Source: Saccostrea cucullata
Taxonomy: Eukaryota
NCBI RefSeq assembly: GCF_032062105.1
Contig: NW_026930899.1
Coordinates: 1-64,000, forward strand
Reading direction: 5' to 3'
DNA: 64,000 nucleotides
Below are positions 1 to 12,302 of the stretch, one piece after another. The notes below the pieces were generated by a model. That model was not told the DNA's origin. It made no database searches and saw only the letters and a program-made list of their open reading frames with translations. Every line of letters begins with the position of its first letter. Position 1 is the first letter of the stretch. The position numbers were made by a program, and so were the translations under genes.

Positions 1-259
1 TTATATATAACTATGTTTAGGCATGTCACGTCGGACAAGAATTCCAACTGCATGGGTCTCCTGATCCCAAAGAGAACGTCCTACCATAAGAGCTTTCTCT
101 GACCAGTATTAAAGAGTTGGAAAACTTTCTCTCATCTTTAATTAATACGTTTCAATTGAATTCTTTTTGTGTATTGGTAATTTACTATTACCCTTTATAA
201 TAAACCTCTAATATCACAGACTTCTGTACGTAAAATATATTTTCTTATCATCATCAACC

Positions 260-500
260 GGTCACGGTAGCCTAGTGGTAGAGCGTTCGCTTCGTGATCG
301 GGAGGCCCGGGTTCGATTCTCCTTCGCGGCGCCGCGTCATACCTAAGACGTTAACAAAGGTAGTGACTGTTCCTTCGCCAAGCGCTCGGCACTAGAGGTG
401 AAAGTCACGGGTCTTTAGGATATGACCTTAAAAACGTAGGTCTCGTGTCACGATAGGCGCTGGCACGATAAAGAACCCTCACTGCTCAACGGCCCTGAGA
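260..500 (+). mobile_element. tRNA-derived SINE (3'-truncated)
   Basis: Pol III A box TAGCCTAGTGG (268-278) and B box GGTTCGATTC (310-319). The body (...GTGTCACGATAGGCGCTGGCACGATAAAGAACCCTCACTGCTCAACGGCC) matches the reverse-strand copy at 4381-4650. Confidence 0.85.
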
Positions 501-807
501 TGCATTTACCATATATTCAAATATGCTTAATAGACAATCATACTAGGATTCACTTTATTCAAAGTTTAGATAGATAAGAAAGTCTGATTTAAAATTGTAT
601 TATATTATTTCCACGTATGCAATATTGTTAAAAGAGTTTTAGAAAAGCGGAAACGCCAAGTTTCAAATTCAGCAGAACTGTACTCTATCGGATACACATT
701 TAATAACGCATAAAAACCACTTAATTAATCTGCCGCGTTAAAAATAAACACAGAATTTCTTTTTCACACCAAAAAAGTGTATACGTTTTTTAATTGATAT
801 AAACTAT

Positions 808-2493
808 ATGTCGTCTGGAAATAATGAACCCTGCAGATTGCGGTAGGTATGTTTCATCTAGTATTTCAGCATAAATGTCCATTGCAAAGTTGAGGCTTAC
901 TGTTGATGTTTGTATCTTATTTTATCACTAATTTTTAGTTTAGATGAGAAAGAATGTTGTGCTAATTATTATTGGAGCGACAAGGAGAACGATTGTTTGC
1001 GTAAGTTTAATCATTTGTTTATAACCTTATTGTATGTAATATGATTCTTAAATGTAAGAGGGTAAAGGAGAGGATAACGAATAGAGATCGATCTAAAAGT
1101 TGTCTTTTAAACAATACCATTGTAAATAAGACTTTAAATATAGATCAAAAGAAATGTCAGACGTGGGGTCAGGTGCCTAAGAGGAGTAAGCAATCCCTTT
1201 TGACCGGTAACACCTGTCGTGCGCCATATAAATTGATCAGAGAGATGAATTATTCCTTAGTAAAACTTAATAGAGGAACATGACCTTCATTGACATAAAA
1301 CTTGTCAGTCAAAATGCGTCGCATTCATCAAGATGTATTTCCAACAAACGTCAATTACAGTTCATAGAATTTTTATTTTTAAAATGCTGATTAAGAAGAG
1401 AATAACATTTTTCAGCATGTGAACTTGGATTCTTTGGTGTCAACTGCGATCAACCTTGTCCTTACGGCCAATATGGAAAACTATGTGGGAAACCGTGTAA
1501 ATGTGCAACTGACGAATACTGTGATAGAGTATCGGGATGTGTAACTAATGGTATAACAAATTTTATTTAAATTATCTGTAATAGTAATCACAGAATTTCT
1601 TTAGCAATCTGCTTTCTAAAATAATTAAGAGTATGATAAGATATGATTTTTTATATAAAAAAAGAAAGAACTGTTTGACAAAACTAATTTGAATCATCTA
1701 TGTTTTTTTCCCTTCACACCCAGGAACAACAGTACAAACCTCAACGTACATATTTCATTCTACATCTGTTCCTTCATCAAAACTAGAGAGTACAACTTCA
1801 ACAACGGGATGGACAAAAACGGAATCAACTATAGAGATAGCTGTTAGAGAGTCTACCCTAATACCGACTGGACCAATAAAGGAAGAGATAAATAACAATA
1901 TCGTAGTAATATTAATGGGTGCAGTAATAGCTTTTCTTTTTCTTATAATACTTTTGGCAATTGTTAAGAAATTATGTTCCGCACGTTCAAAGAAAAAATA
2001 TATAAAAAAGGAAAATATATTAGAATTAAATAAGGAAGGTAATGAAATAGAAGTATATCATGAAATAAACATGGATGAAATGTTGGCTAATCAGATAGAA
2101 TTGCCAGATAATCGTTACAACAGAATAATGGACGATGTAGTGCGACCCAAATATTTGCAAATAGGATCCAAAATAGAAAAGGAAACAAAACAAACATATA
2201 ATGAAATTGACAAGGAAAATTCAACTTCAACCGGAAATAATGGAGATTATTTAGAACCGGAGTCAAGTGGGCGAGTGAATGCATATATAGAAGTTATAGA
2301 ACCTTTGATACATAACTCTAACTCTTTAAATAGTGATCAAGATGGTGGAAGCTCCTCAAACAAGTCTGACCGGTCTTATCAGGATACAGGGACTCTAGCA
2401 CAGGGTGACATGTCATGTCCCAACGAAATCAATGATCCAAAATCTCACGAATCGAAGAATAATGAATATCTAGATGTTGTTAATGAGTTATAG
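808..2493 (+). CDS. G1: EGF-like (MEGF10/CED-1/Nimrod-like) single-pass receptor, long ITAM-bearing tail
   Basis: Exons 808-842 (MSSGNNEPCRL), 939-1000 (ECCANYY..DC), 1416-1550 (CELGFFGVNCDQPCPYGQYGKLCGKPCKCATDEYCDRVSGC), 1724-2493 (S/T stalk, TM IVVILMGAVIAFLFLIILLAIV, tail ending EYLDVVNEL). All introns are GT-AG with compatible phases 2,1,1. The first exon is the least certain. Confidence 0.85.
1140..1370 (-). mobile_element. Penelope-like element 3' end fragment (G1 intron)
   Basis: GGGGTCAGGTGCCTAAGAGGAGTAAGCAATCCC...GACCGGTAACACC is a diverged match to the 3' region of the copy at 24553-25268. Confidence 0.6.
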
Positions 2494-4302
2494 TTAAACA
2501 GAAATGAAAATAAATTCATATAAAACTCCATATTTTATGTAGTTATTTTTTCTAGATTTTTATTTAATGCTTATTGCTCATTGAATACGGAAGTAGTTTT
2601 AAGTTTTTCCGACATTTCGATTTTCAAGTATGTTGTAACCTTGTGTAATATGCCTGATCTATGCAATCAGGAGAAAGTGCATCGATATAAATTAATCGTT
2701 TTAAAGTGCAGAAAAACCTACAGAAAAACTTTTTATTTATTATCCTCCCGGACTTCTTGCGATTGTACGCATGTTTTTGTTCTCCGGGCTGTTTCTCGGA
2801 TATGGCTGGGAAAATCTTTCTGAAACTTTCCTCAAAGGACAGTCACTGGTTGTAGTTTTGTTGTTTGGTCATTTAGTTTCAAAATGCTACCGTTGCCTTG
2901 AAAACCTGCAAAAAGCGACGAATTTTGTCCAAGAATGTTCTCACTGGTCCCCTGAACATATTCGTCATGAAACTTTATTGATTTAATGAGTTGTAATTGT
3001 GCAATTTGCATTTAAAAATTGCAAATTGTCAATAGTTGCCATGGAAACAGGGGAAAAGTGAAAATAATTCTTATCTTTGATTTTTAAATCAAAGTACAGA
3101 AAGGACCGATACGTGTTGATGGTTGTCCAAGCTTATTTAATGGGTATTGTTTTAGTGTTGAAAAAATGCAAGTCTTGTCCAGTACGGGGCGACATACGCT
3201 ACTGTTTGCAATAGCAGACTTTCTAGTTTTTCATTACATTTACCTATTTATTTATTACAGTACCTATAGGTAAAAAAAATCTCTTTTAGATTTAAAGAAC
3301 AATAAATTAAGACTATGTATTTAATTTTTAAATTTATATACAAGCATGACCGTGTATTATACATCAATTTTTCTTTAGACGTGAGCTGAGGCCACTGAAG
3401 AGTCTAACGATAAGAAACTTCATAAGAATCCTTACAACCATAGACACATTGCGGGTTACAGTAAATGTTCAAACAAGCCTCTTTCTTTACGCCTCACTAA
3501 GCTATCAATAGTAGTGAAGGAGAAACGTCAAGGGTACTGTGCAACAATATATTCAAGAAGATGATGTGAATCAGCAGATGTAGATTCTAAATAATTCCAA
3601 AGAACTTTTGGACAATCTTAAATCACAATATTTTACCAAAATCAACAATTCCTCACGATAAATTAAAGTCCAGCAGGCATGTTTACGAAACTTTCCTAAG
3701 ATTGTTCATAAGAAATTTTCTAAGATGTATCTTAAGAAAATCTTAGGATCATCGTAAGATTATCTTAAGGTGTTTTTCAAAGCAATCTTATGACTATCCT
3801 AAGCTAAGACGTCTTAAATCATTTTGACATTGAAATACTCCAAGCTTTTAACCATTGTCAGGGATCAGAGAGTTGTTATGTTTTGCTATATGTAATGCTA
3901 CACGTTATGTCATCATAATGAAAATATCTAAAGAGTGAAAATAAAAAAAGAAGAATTTGAGGGGGGGGGGTATTTTTAAATTTATAGATATAAATTGTAT
4001 ATTTTTAATTATTAATCATCTAAAATCAAAGATATATTGTAATATTGGTTACATCTAAAATCAAATAGAGTGCTATTGATCATTCAAAATTCTTGAACGA
4101 TGAAAAGTGCGCCAATTTTCATAAGTGAAACGGGATGCAGGGGAAAATCGGAAGGAAGTAGGCAAAACTGGAGGAGCCCCCTCCCTCAAAGACTACATCA
4201 TTCGCAAGAAAAATTGTGAGAATAATTGGTTATACTCCAATCTCTGCCATAGAGGGCAGTACATGTATCGACATCTGTGAGGTCACCTGGAAAAACCCAT
4301 TT

Positions 4303-4306
<4 letters not shown>

Positions 4307-4370
<64 letters not shown>
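4307..4370. repeat. (TC)n microsatellite
   Basis: Direct inspection; it explains the SLSLSL ORF. Confidence 0.95.
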
Positions 4371-4374
<4 letters not shown>

Positions 4375-4380
4375 GTTAGT

Positions 4381-4650
4381 ATTGATTGATTGTATATTAT
4401 TTAACGTCCCTCTCGAGAATCTTGAAATCATTCATATGGAGACGCCACCACTTGCCGATGGAGAGCTACATATTTTGTCCTATTCTTCACACTTAGGGCC
4501 ATTGAGCAGTGAGGGATCTTTTAAGTGTCACCATCAACTGCGACACGGGCATTGGTTCATACGGTCTCATCCGAAGGACCGGTCTCCACGTCCCATAGTG
4601 GGATTCGAACACGACTGAGACTGATCAACTCCTTACTCCGCGACTCTCTC
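4381..4650 (-). mobile_element. tRNA-derived SINE
   Basis: Reverse-strand B box (GGGATTCGAAC near 4600-4610), body matching 440-500, and an ATCAATCAAT tail at the 4381 end. Confidence 0.8.
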
Positions 4651-4988
4651 AGGTGAGATTAAATTTTATTCTGTTAACAGGTTACATATTCTTACTATGT
4701 ATGTTGGCATCTGCATGAGGCACTGAATGTCATAAGAATTCTAACCCATGAGTATTCTTGGAAAGTAGATGCATAAAGACACGTAATTCAACATGGGGGA
4801 AGGGAGGTCCAAATACTATTTACACTGTACCATTGAAAACGTTCAATGAAAGATCGCCCCTTGCACCCTTTTTGTGTTGTATAGTAAAATAAGGGTTATG
4901 GAATAGTGTATGAGTAAATTTGGCACTTAAAGTTGGAACCGAGCCCCCCCCCTCCTCCCCAGCACGAAAGCACGAAATAAGATTTTCG

Positions 4989-5118
4989 CACAGACACCTG
5001 ACATTACTAATTTTTCTTTTAATAAAAAATATACCCCTACCTAAAAATAAATTCTAATTAGGTAGGGGTCATATTTTTTTTATTTAAAGAAAAATAAAGT
5101 AACGCCAGGTCCCTGTGG
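4989..5118. mobile_element. Small hairpin MITE
   Basis: Imperfect inverted arms CACAGACACCTGACATTAC..ACCCCTACCTAA / TTAGGTAGGGGT..GTAACGCCAGGTCCCTGTG. Confidence 0.6.
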
Positions 5119-6797
5119 ATTTTCGAGCTACAAAATTTTCAGGGTTCTTTTTCGCTTGTCAATTTTTTTTTAAAATGTACGTTATCTAGATTCTTTTTCT
5201 ATGTAGTTGAATTCTTTTTCTACCCCCCCCCCCTTCAAACTCGATGCTACGTCCGTGTCATGTGTAAATATAACTTACATTTATAACTGTGTATTAATTC
5301 AACATATGTAGAAACCATCTGATATATACACAATACAAAAAAATCCATGATTTTTTTAGATAGCGTTGAGGCTTCAAGAAGGGGGGGGGGGCTTACAAAA
5401 TAAATACATGTACCTCTTTTAAATGAAATAGTGCGAATATAATTAATTAGTCAAACTGTATTACATTTGTTTCGATCAACACATCAACAAAAATTAATAG
5501 TCATATCAAACATTTTATTTAACGAAATATATATATTACAGTGGTATATAATTTTTCCAGCTGTCGTTAACGGTCCTGACATACTAGTAATCAGTCTTTC
5601 GAATTCTTCCTACATCTTTAAATACTCATTCAGGTCTGATACGCCGATTTCGTCGAGCCAGCATCAACATGGACGCAGCTATTTCTACTTAAGATAGACT
5701 AAAGATATGTCCAAAGCTGTCGTAACTTTATGATAAATCTTAGGAACTTTCTTAAGTTACGATACTTTCGAAAACCCCACTTAGTCTTAAGAATTGTCGT
5801 AAGTATATCTTAAGACATTTCTTAGTCATAAGATAGCTTCGTAAACATGCCTGCAGGCTTTTTGATATCATTGACAGCTGTTTTTTCAATAAAGATAGAA
5901 CGAACTCGTAAATTTACTTAGCTTTTCATTGGTCATTTGCAAAATTTTGTTATAACACATTCTGATTGCACATACAAGTACTCTGAAGTCGGCATCAATA
6001 AGGTGCTGATTGACAATATCTATGTGGTTTTTGGAGAACAAGTCTTCCAACAATCTACTGGAATCCTCATGGGTACTCATTGCGCTCTGTTATTAGCAGA
6101 CCTATTTTTGTATTTATATGAAGCAGAATTTGTGCAAAATCTTATGATGAAGAAGAAAACACTTGCTGAGATCTTCAACTCGACATTTATATATATCGAT
6201 AACGTACTGTCAATTAACAATGGTAATTTTTATTCTTGTGTCGATACAATATATCCTGGTGAGCTTGAAATAAAAGATACAACAAAGTCTGACACATATG
6301 TTTCATATTTGGATATTTTACTTGAAAAAAGACGATAACGGTATAATATTTAAAAAAATATTGAAATATATTAAAGGATTGCAAGACTCCCATTTGTCCC
6401 TGGCGATTTTTTAAGTGGAAAAGGAGTATAATTATAAGAGTTGGTCACTCTGTATAATGAATTAACTTATTTTTATTTATATACAATTGTGACCGTTTAA
6501 TTATATATAATTTTTATTTCGCGTACCCAATTGTATGAAAGTGACTCGTATGTGAGGAGACAGGAAAATATCTCTACAATGATATGTCCTTAAAGCAACT
6601 TTTCACTAATAGATATTTTCCCTATTTTTAACAAAAAAAAACTGTTTTTGAACTTACAAATTAAAAAAAACGAATCAATTTTGCCGTATACGTAATCAAA
6701 TTTAAAAAATAGTTGGAATTTCTTATCATGACATGTTTACATAAATTTATGTTGCATACATATGTAGAGTTTTCGTCTTCATTTTCTTCAATTTGTC

Positions 6798-7606
6798 ATG
6801 AGCTTTAGCGATTCCAAATGGATTTATTTCTTAGCGATTCTCGGGTTTTGCAAGTTAGAGACTGAAGAAATGTTATCAAAAACGTACCCACAAAAGAGGT
6901 GTGTTGCCAATTACTTTTTGGACTTTGACAATATCTGTAAAGGTTAGTAAAAATTTAATTGAAAAATATTTAATTTACATCCTTACATTAATTTATGTAA
7001 AACATCTGACACGGCAGACCCATGCTAGCAGTTAAGTTTCTAAATGGAAAAGTATCTTAACATTTTCTAATGCATTTTAGCTGCAAGACAGATCGATAGC
7101 TTTAATCAAGATCACACAACATGTCTCAAATAAGTTATTAAATTCAATGATATGCTAAGGGTAATGTATTACAATTGACTGAAATTTGGAATTGCAATAG
7201 TTACATTTCCATTACACCAGTTTACATTTTACTGAATAAGAAAAACAGTTTTATTGTTTATCACACAGAGAAGAATCTAAATTAATTAGATATGGATGAA
7301 ACATATGGAAATAACGAACAGTTTTCAAGATCAAAAGTCCATAAAAGAATACAAAATAGGAACAGAGCAAACACGGACCTCCAAAACATCAGAGGTGGGA
7401 TCAGGTGCCATGGAGGAGTGAGCATATCCTGCCAGTGGCTGATAGGAACTGGTGTACCAAGAAATTGAGCATACTTTGCCGCCGATCGGTAACACTCGCC
7501 GTATGTTCCTTGTCATGATCGGGAAATAACGGAAAAATTCGTTTTCAATTCAGTGTATAAATAATGGACTAAGAATTAATATGAAAAACGTCGGTCAGCA
7601 TTTGAC

Positions 7607-7648
<42 letters not shown>

Positions 7649-10600
7649 TATTTATAGAAGGTAACCCGATTGGTGCAAGCACTAGTCTTCCTCTGGGCCC
7701 TCTTTATAACACATATACAATGTATATACACAATAAATACAAATCACAATAAGGAGACAATAAAAAAATGGACAGTACATGCATGTTACCAAATAAATAA
7801 ATAAAAAAAATAAAACATAAACATTTCAGCATAGAGAGAGAGAGAGAAAAAAAAAAGAAAAATCACGTAGAACTATTGCGTTTCACAAGCAAAAAATTTT
7901 CAACACTTTTTTGTAAATATTGTAAGGGATTGGGAATTCCTGATTCTTATTGGTAGCTCATTCCAGATATTAACTCTTGGATATGGTAAAGAATTTTTAA
8001 ATAAGTTAGTTTTATATTTTGGTAATCGCAGTTCGGAGTTTGTTTCTGAGCGTAACGTGTATGATCCAGAGCTTTGAAATTCAAAAAGATTATGCATATA
8101 ATCCGGAGACATACCATTAAATATTTTGAACATTAGAATGCTTTTCTGTAAATATAAAAGTTCATAAACCGTTAACCAGCCTAAAGTGTTAAATAAAGGC
8201 ATGGAAGGTGTATCATATTTTTCATTTAAAATAATCCTAGCCGCTCGTTTTTGTAATCTGTAGACTATCCATGTGCGTTTGAGGACAGTTGCCCCAAATG
8301 GACAGACAATATAAAATTGATGGTAGAATAAAAGCATTATAAAATAGTTTTCTAGTGTGCACTGGAAGAAACTTTTTAATTTTTCGTAAAGTGAATATTT
8401 TATATGTAAGAGTTTTGCAAAGTGCATCTACATGACAAGTATATTGTAGATTATGATCAATGTGAATGCCTAATAATTTGTGCATTTCTACATTTTCAAG
8501 AGTATGTCCGGAAAGTTGTAAATGAAAATTAACATTTTCTAATTTAGATTTCTTTTGTTGTGTTCCCATTAACATACACTTTGTTTTATCAGTATTTATA
8601 ATCATCTGATTTTGTTGGCACCATTTTTGTAGTTGATTGAGTTCATGATTTAGAGTTGTTTCAATATGTGAAATATTATTACCATGAAAATGCATTGTAG
8701 TGTCATCAGCAAACATATCAATATTACAATGTTCAACAGACAATGGTAAATCATTAATATACAATAGAAACAACAAAGGACCTAAAATAGAGCCCTGTGG
8801 CACACCTGCTGTGACTGGCACTGATTCAGATGTATACGCACCAATTTTAACACTTTGCGTTCGATCATATAAGTATGATTGAAACCATTTAATTGATATT
8901 GGATCGAAATGATAGCATTTAAGTTTTCTAATTAGTATATCGTGATTAACAAGATCAAATGCTTTGCTAAAATCTAAATAAGTAATGCCAACAAAATTTC
9001 CTTGATCTATTGCATGCAACCAATTATCGGTTAGTTTTGTGAGAGCTGTCTGGCATGAGTGAAATTCTCTAAATCCAGATTGTGCTTTCATTAGTAAATC
9101 AAAGTGAGAAGTAAAAATACGTATATTTTCTGCTACATGCTTCTCTAAAATTTTCGACATAGTTGGTAAAATTGAGATTGGGCGATAGTTTCCTGGGTCT
9201 GATTTATTGCCCTTTTTGAACAGGGGAGTTACTTTTGCGACTTTTAACTGTGAAGGAAAAGATCCTTTGATTATGCTAGAATTTATTAGGTGTGTTAGTG
9301 GTTTGGATATTACACTGGCTGAAAGTTTAAGCAATCTAGGTCCAAGAAAGTCTATGCCAGCAGATTTGTTTACATCTAGTCTTTTTAACATTTCAGATAC
9401 TTTTTCTTCATTAATCAAGGGAATTTTAAAAAAGTCTTGATCTCCGAGTTTCGTCTCCGTGTATCTTTTCAATTTGTCTGACTCAAATGTAGTAGACGAA
9501 AGATTATTCAACAATTTTTTCGGAATTTGGGCAAAATGTTCATTAAAGGCATTTGCAATATCCTGTAAATTATCAAGATCTAAGCCGTTATATATTATAT
9601 TGGAAGGAGACAAGTTTTTGTCTGATTTTGAGGCCAGCTGATTTAAGTGACCCCACATTTCCTTTGAAGTAGAACTATTTTCAATTACTTCCTTATAATA
9701 TGTAGATTTTGCATTATTTATTAAAGATGTCACTTTGTTCCTCCAAAATCTAAAATTATCCATGTCTCCCTGTTTATGATATTGATCTCGTAAATTCCTA
9801 GCATTATTTATTTCTGGAGTTAACCATTTAGTGCGGAATTCAGATTTCACACGCTTAGTTTTTACTTTTGCATGCTTATTGATTACAGCATTGAAAATAT
9901 CATAAAAACAGTTTAAAATGTCATTAGGGTCATGCAGTAGAATTAATTCATCAAAATTTGCATTGTTTAAATCAAGCAAAAAATCTGTTTCATTAAAATT
10001 TTTGAAGTCACGATATTGTATTTCAGTATGTTTGCCTTTGCGTTGCATGCTGTTAGATCTTCGTGTGGCACATATAGGATAATGATCAGACATCGCTACA
10101 GGGGGTACTGCTATTTCACATATGTTAGCAGGGTGCGTAGTGTAGAAATGGTCAATAAGAGTTTTAGAGCTATTAGTAATTCTTGTTGGGGTGTTAATTA
10201 ATTGTGTTAGTCCAAAATCTACAATTGCAGAAGACCAACTCCGCGGGGGTTCTTTGAGCATATCAATATTGAGATCACCTGCAATAATGAGAAATTGTAT
10301 TTACTGACATGGTCATTTTATTGACCATAGAACTTACATATACGAAAAATGACTTTAAACGAGACTGCTGATACTCTTGATTCGTCAACTTTTTTTGTAG
10401 GTAATTTACCTTGTTGGATTTGCAGACAAGGGTAAATTCAATGATATTCATTTTAAGGTTATTTTTTTCTGAAACCCCTCTTTCAATTTTTGTAAACAAC
10501 ATTTCGAAGTTTTATAGTTATGTAATGCAACAGCAAGCACAAGTTGTAGGAAAGGGAATGTTTTACAAGGAGAAAGTAATGTGAATATATGCAATTGCAT

Positions 10601-12302
10601 ATATACTTCATATTTCCTAATAGAGTGCCCTCCGGGAATATTTGGAATGAATTGCAGCCAGAAATGTCCAAGTAGCACGTATGGGCAATTTTGTGCAAAA
10701 TTGTGTCAATGCCCCCCTGACCGATGCGACAAAAGACACGGTTGTGAAGGTACTCACATTTACACTTTTAACAATTTTTTTATATGTGCTCTTAGTGGGA
10801 CCTTATGATAAGATATCGTAAAAAGAATAAAAAATAGCTCATAAAGATATTATCTTATGTTTTATTTATAAGCAAATACAAATAGAACTACATTTGTACT
10901 CAGAAAATAATCATATTGGAATATTTTGCAGACATAGTTCTGGAGAAGGAAGAAAACTCAGGGCTGTGTGTTTCGTATGTATTGACTTAGATGTTCAATT
11001 GTTTTTAAATTGAAACTGTTGTTTTAACTAAAACAATGAACAAAGTGTGACAAAACACTTATACAAAAATGGCATACAAATAAGATTTGGTTAATAAAAA
11101 TACTGCTTAAAATTCAACATGATAAACATTTCCATTGAAGTTTGTGTCCGTGTTGTTATACCACCAAATTGCTTTGAAAAAAACACTGCAATAAATATTA
11201 TTCATAATAAAAAAGAGGAAATAAATTACATGTTTTAATTATATATTAATAATGAAATAGTAATATAAAGTGTATTATAGAAATATGTAGAAATAATTGG
11301 GTTTACTTAGAATTTATCCCACATCTTAAAACAAACCTTTACTTATATAGTCGAATATTAATTTTCTCTTGTAGGAAAGATGGTGAGCTTGAGTGCTGCT
11401 TGAGCTTTTACAAGACAAATAACACATGCGCAGGTAGTTGTCAATAAAATCCAAGTATAAATAATTTAAATTTTATCTATTTGTTATGATTGCATTGAAA
11501 AAGTGTTCTTAGAAATTCCTCCCTGTTTTGCAACCAAAACATTCTGTATTTTATTTTCTTTAGCCTGTCCAGCTGGGACGTATAACAATAACTGCTCCGA
11601 TCCGTGTCCGCCCGGATACTATGGTGAATTATGTTCTAAAGTATGTGACTGTTCAGAGGCTTCATGTGATAAAGTACATGGGTGTTCTCAAAAAGGTACA
11701 AATAGTTTTCGCTTTAGAATAATTTACAAATACAAAATGTAGGAAAATAAATATATTTTGTTTTCTAAAGTCTGCCCAGCTGGGACGTATAACAATAACT
11801 GCTCTGATCCGTGTCCGCCTGGATACTATGGAGAATTATGTTCTAAAGTATGTGACTGTCCAGAAGATTCGTGTGATAAAGTACATGGGTGCTCACAACA
11901 AGGTACAAGTAGTTTTCACTTGCGATTAATTTACAAATACAATATTTAGAAAAAAACCCAAGCAGATACAATGTTGATATGAGCATTTGATTTACTGCAT
12001 TAATATTTGTGAAACTCCTATTTTTATAGAAATAATTAAATCAGTTACAGATAAATTAATATATCGAAACGTCATGTTTATAAAAAGATATGAAGTGAAA
12101 TTATATTTCTTTGATTGTTTTAGTCTCCGGGACAGAGGTTCCGTTGAATATGATCATCTTTGCTGGAAGTATCACCCTTGTGTTCCTCTTAATAATGACA
12201 ATACTTTTCATAAAGTTTGCTAAACTTCAACGTCTCAGAAGACACGCACCTCTTTCCAACGATTTGACAGATGTGGCAGTTTATTCAGAAGTGAAGGGTT
12301 AG
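6798..12302 (+). CDS. G2: multi-EGF single-pass receptor with signal peptide and short single-tyrosine tail
   Basis: Exons 6798-6942 (MSFSDSKWIYFLAILGFCKL...RCVANYFLDFDNICK), 10624-10749 (EGF), 10932-10974 (..NSGLCV), 11375-11433 (ELECCLSFY..TCA), 11564-11695 and 11771-11902 (duplicated EGF), 12124-12302 (TM, tail ..DVAVYSEVKG*). Phases 1,1,2,1,1,1 are all compatible. Confidence 0.8.
7290..10390 (-). mobile_element. Penelope-like 3' fragment interrupted by a LINE
   Basis: 7290-7607 and 10285-10390 are contiguous in the uninterrupted copy (CAGCATTTGAC.CAAT|GATAAATTGTATTTGCTGAC near 24795-24830). Confidence 0.8.
7608..10285 (-). mobile_element. CR1/L2-group LINE, 5'-truncated in the APE endonuclease
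   Basis: ORF 8237-10261 has APE motifs (AGDLN just upstream, TLIDH, SDHYPI) and RT motifs (YRPISILP, QSGFR, LDFSKAFD, GVPQGSILGPLLF, FADD). One frameshift near 8265 leads into ORF 7900-8427 (RLQKRAARII..WNELP). An (ATT)n tail lies at 7608-7644. Confidence 0.95.

Larger units (their letters stand above)
3674..5853. mobile_element. Non-autonomous TIR DNA transposon, 3-bp TSD
   Basis: 16-bp TIRs CAGGCATGTTTACGAA (3674-3689) / TTCGTAAACATGCCTG (5838-5853), with CAG duplicated at 3671-3673 and 5854-5856. Subterminal CTTAAG/CTAAG repeats. Removing it rejoins the PLE reading frame (KS|RLF). Confidence 0.85.
3415..6340 (+). mobile_element. Degenerate Penelope-like RT, split by a TIR element
   Basis: 3415-3673 encodes KLHKNPY..IAG.SKCSNKPLS..NNSKELL..IPHDKLKS. 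5857-6340 resumes RLFDII..QQSTGILMGTHCALLLADLFLYLYE..YIDNVLS..YLDILL (ORF 5937-6338). Confidence 0.8.

Noticed and set aside
1-135. LINE ORF2 3' remnant (IPKRTSYHKSFL..SW)
   Set aside because: Too short and degenerate to call.
260-335. Functional tRNA gene
   Set aside because: A and B boxes are present, but the stems pair poorly and the sequence runs into a SINE body shared with 4381-4650.
4277-4618. 113-aa ORF
   Set aside because: It is a translation of the (TC)n tract plus the antisense SINE.
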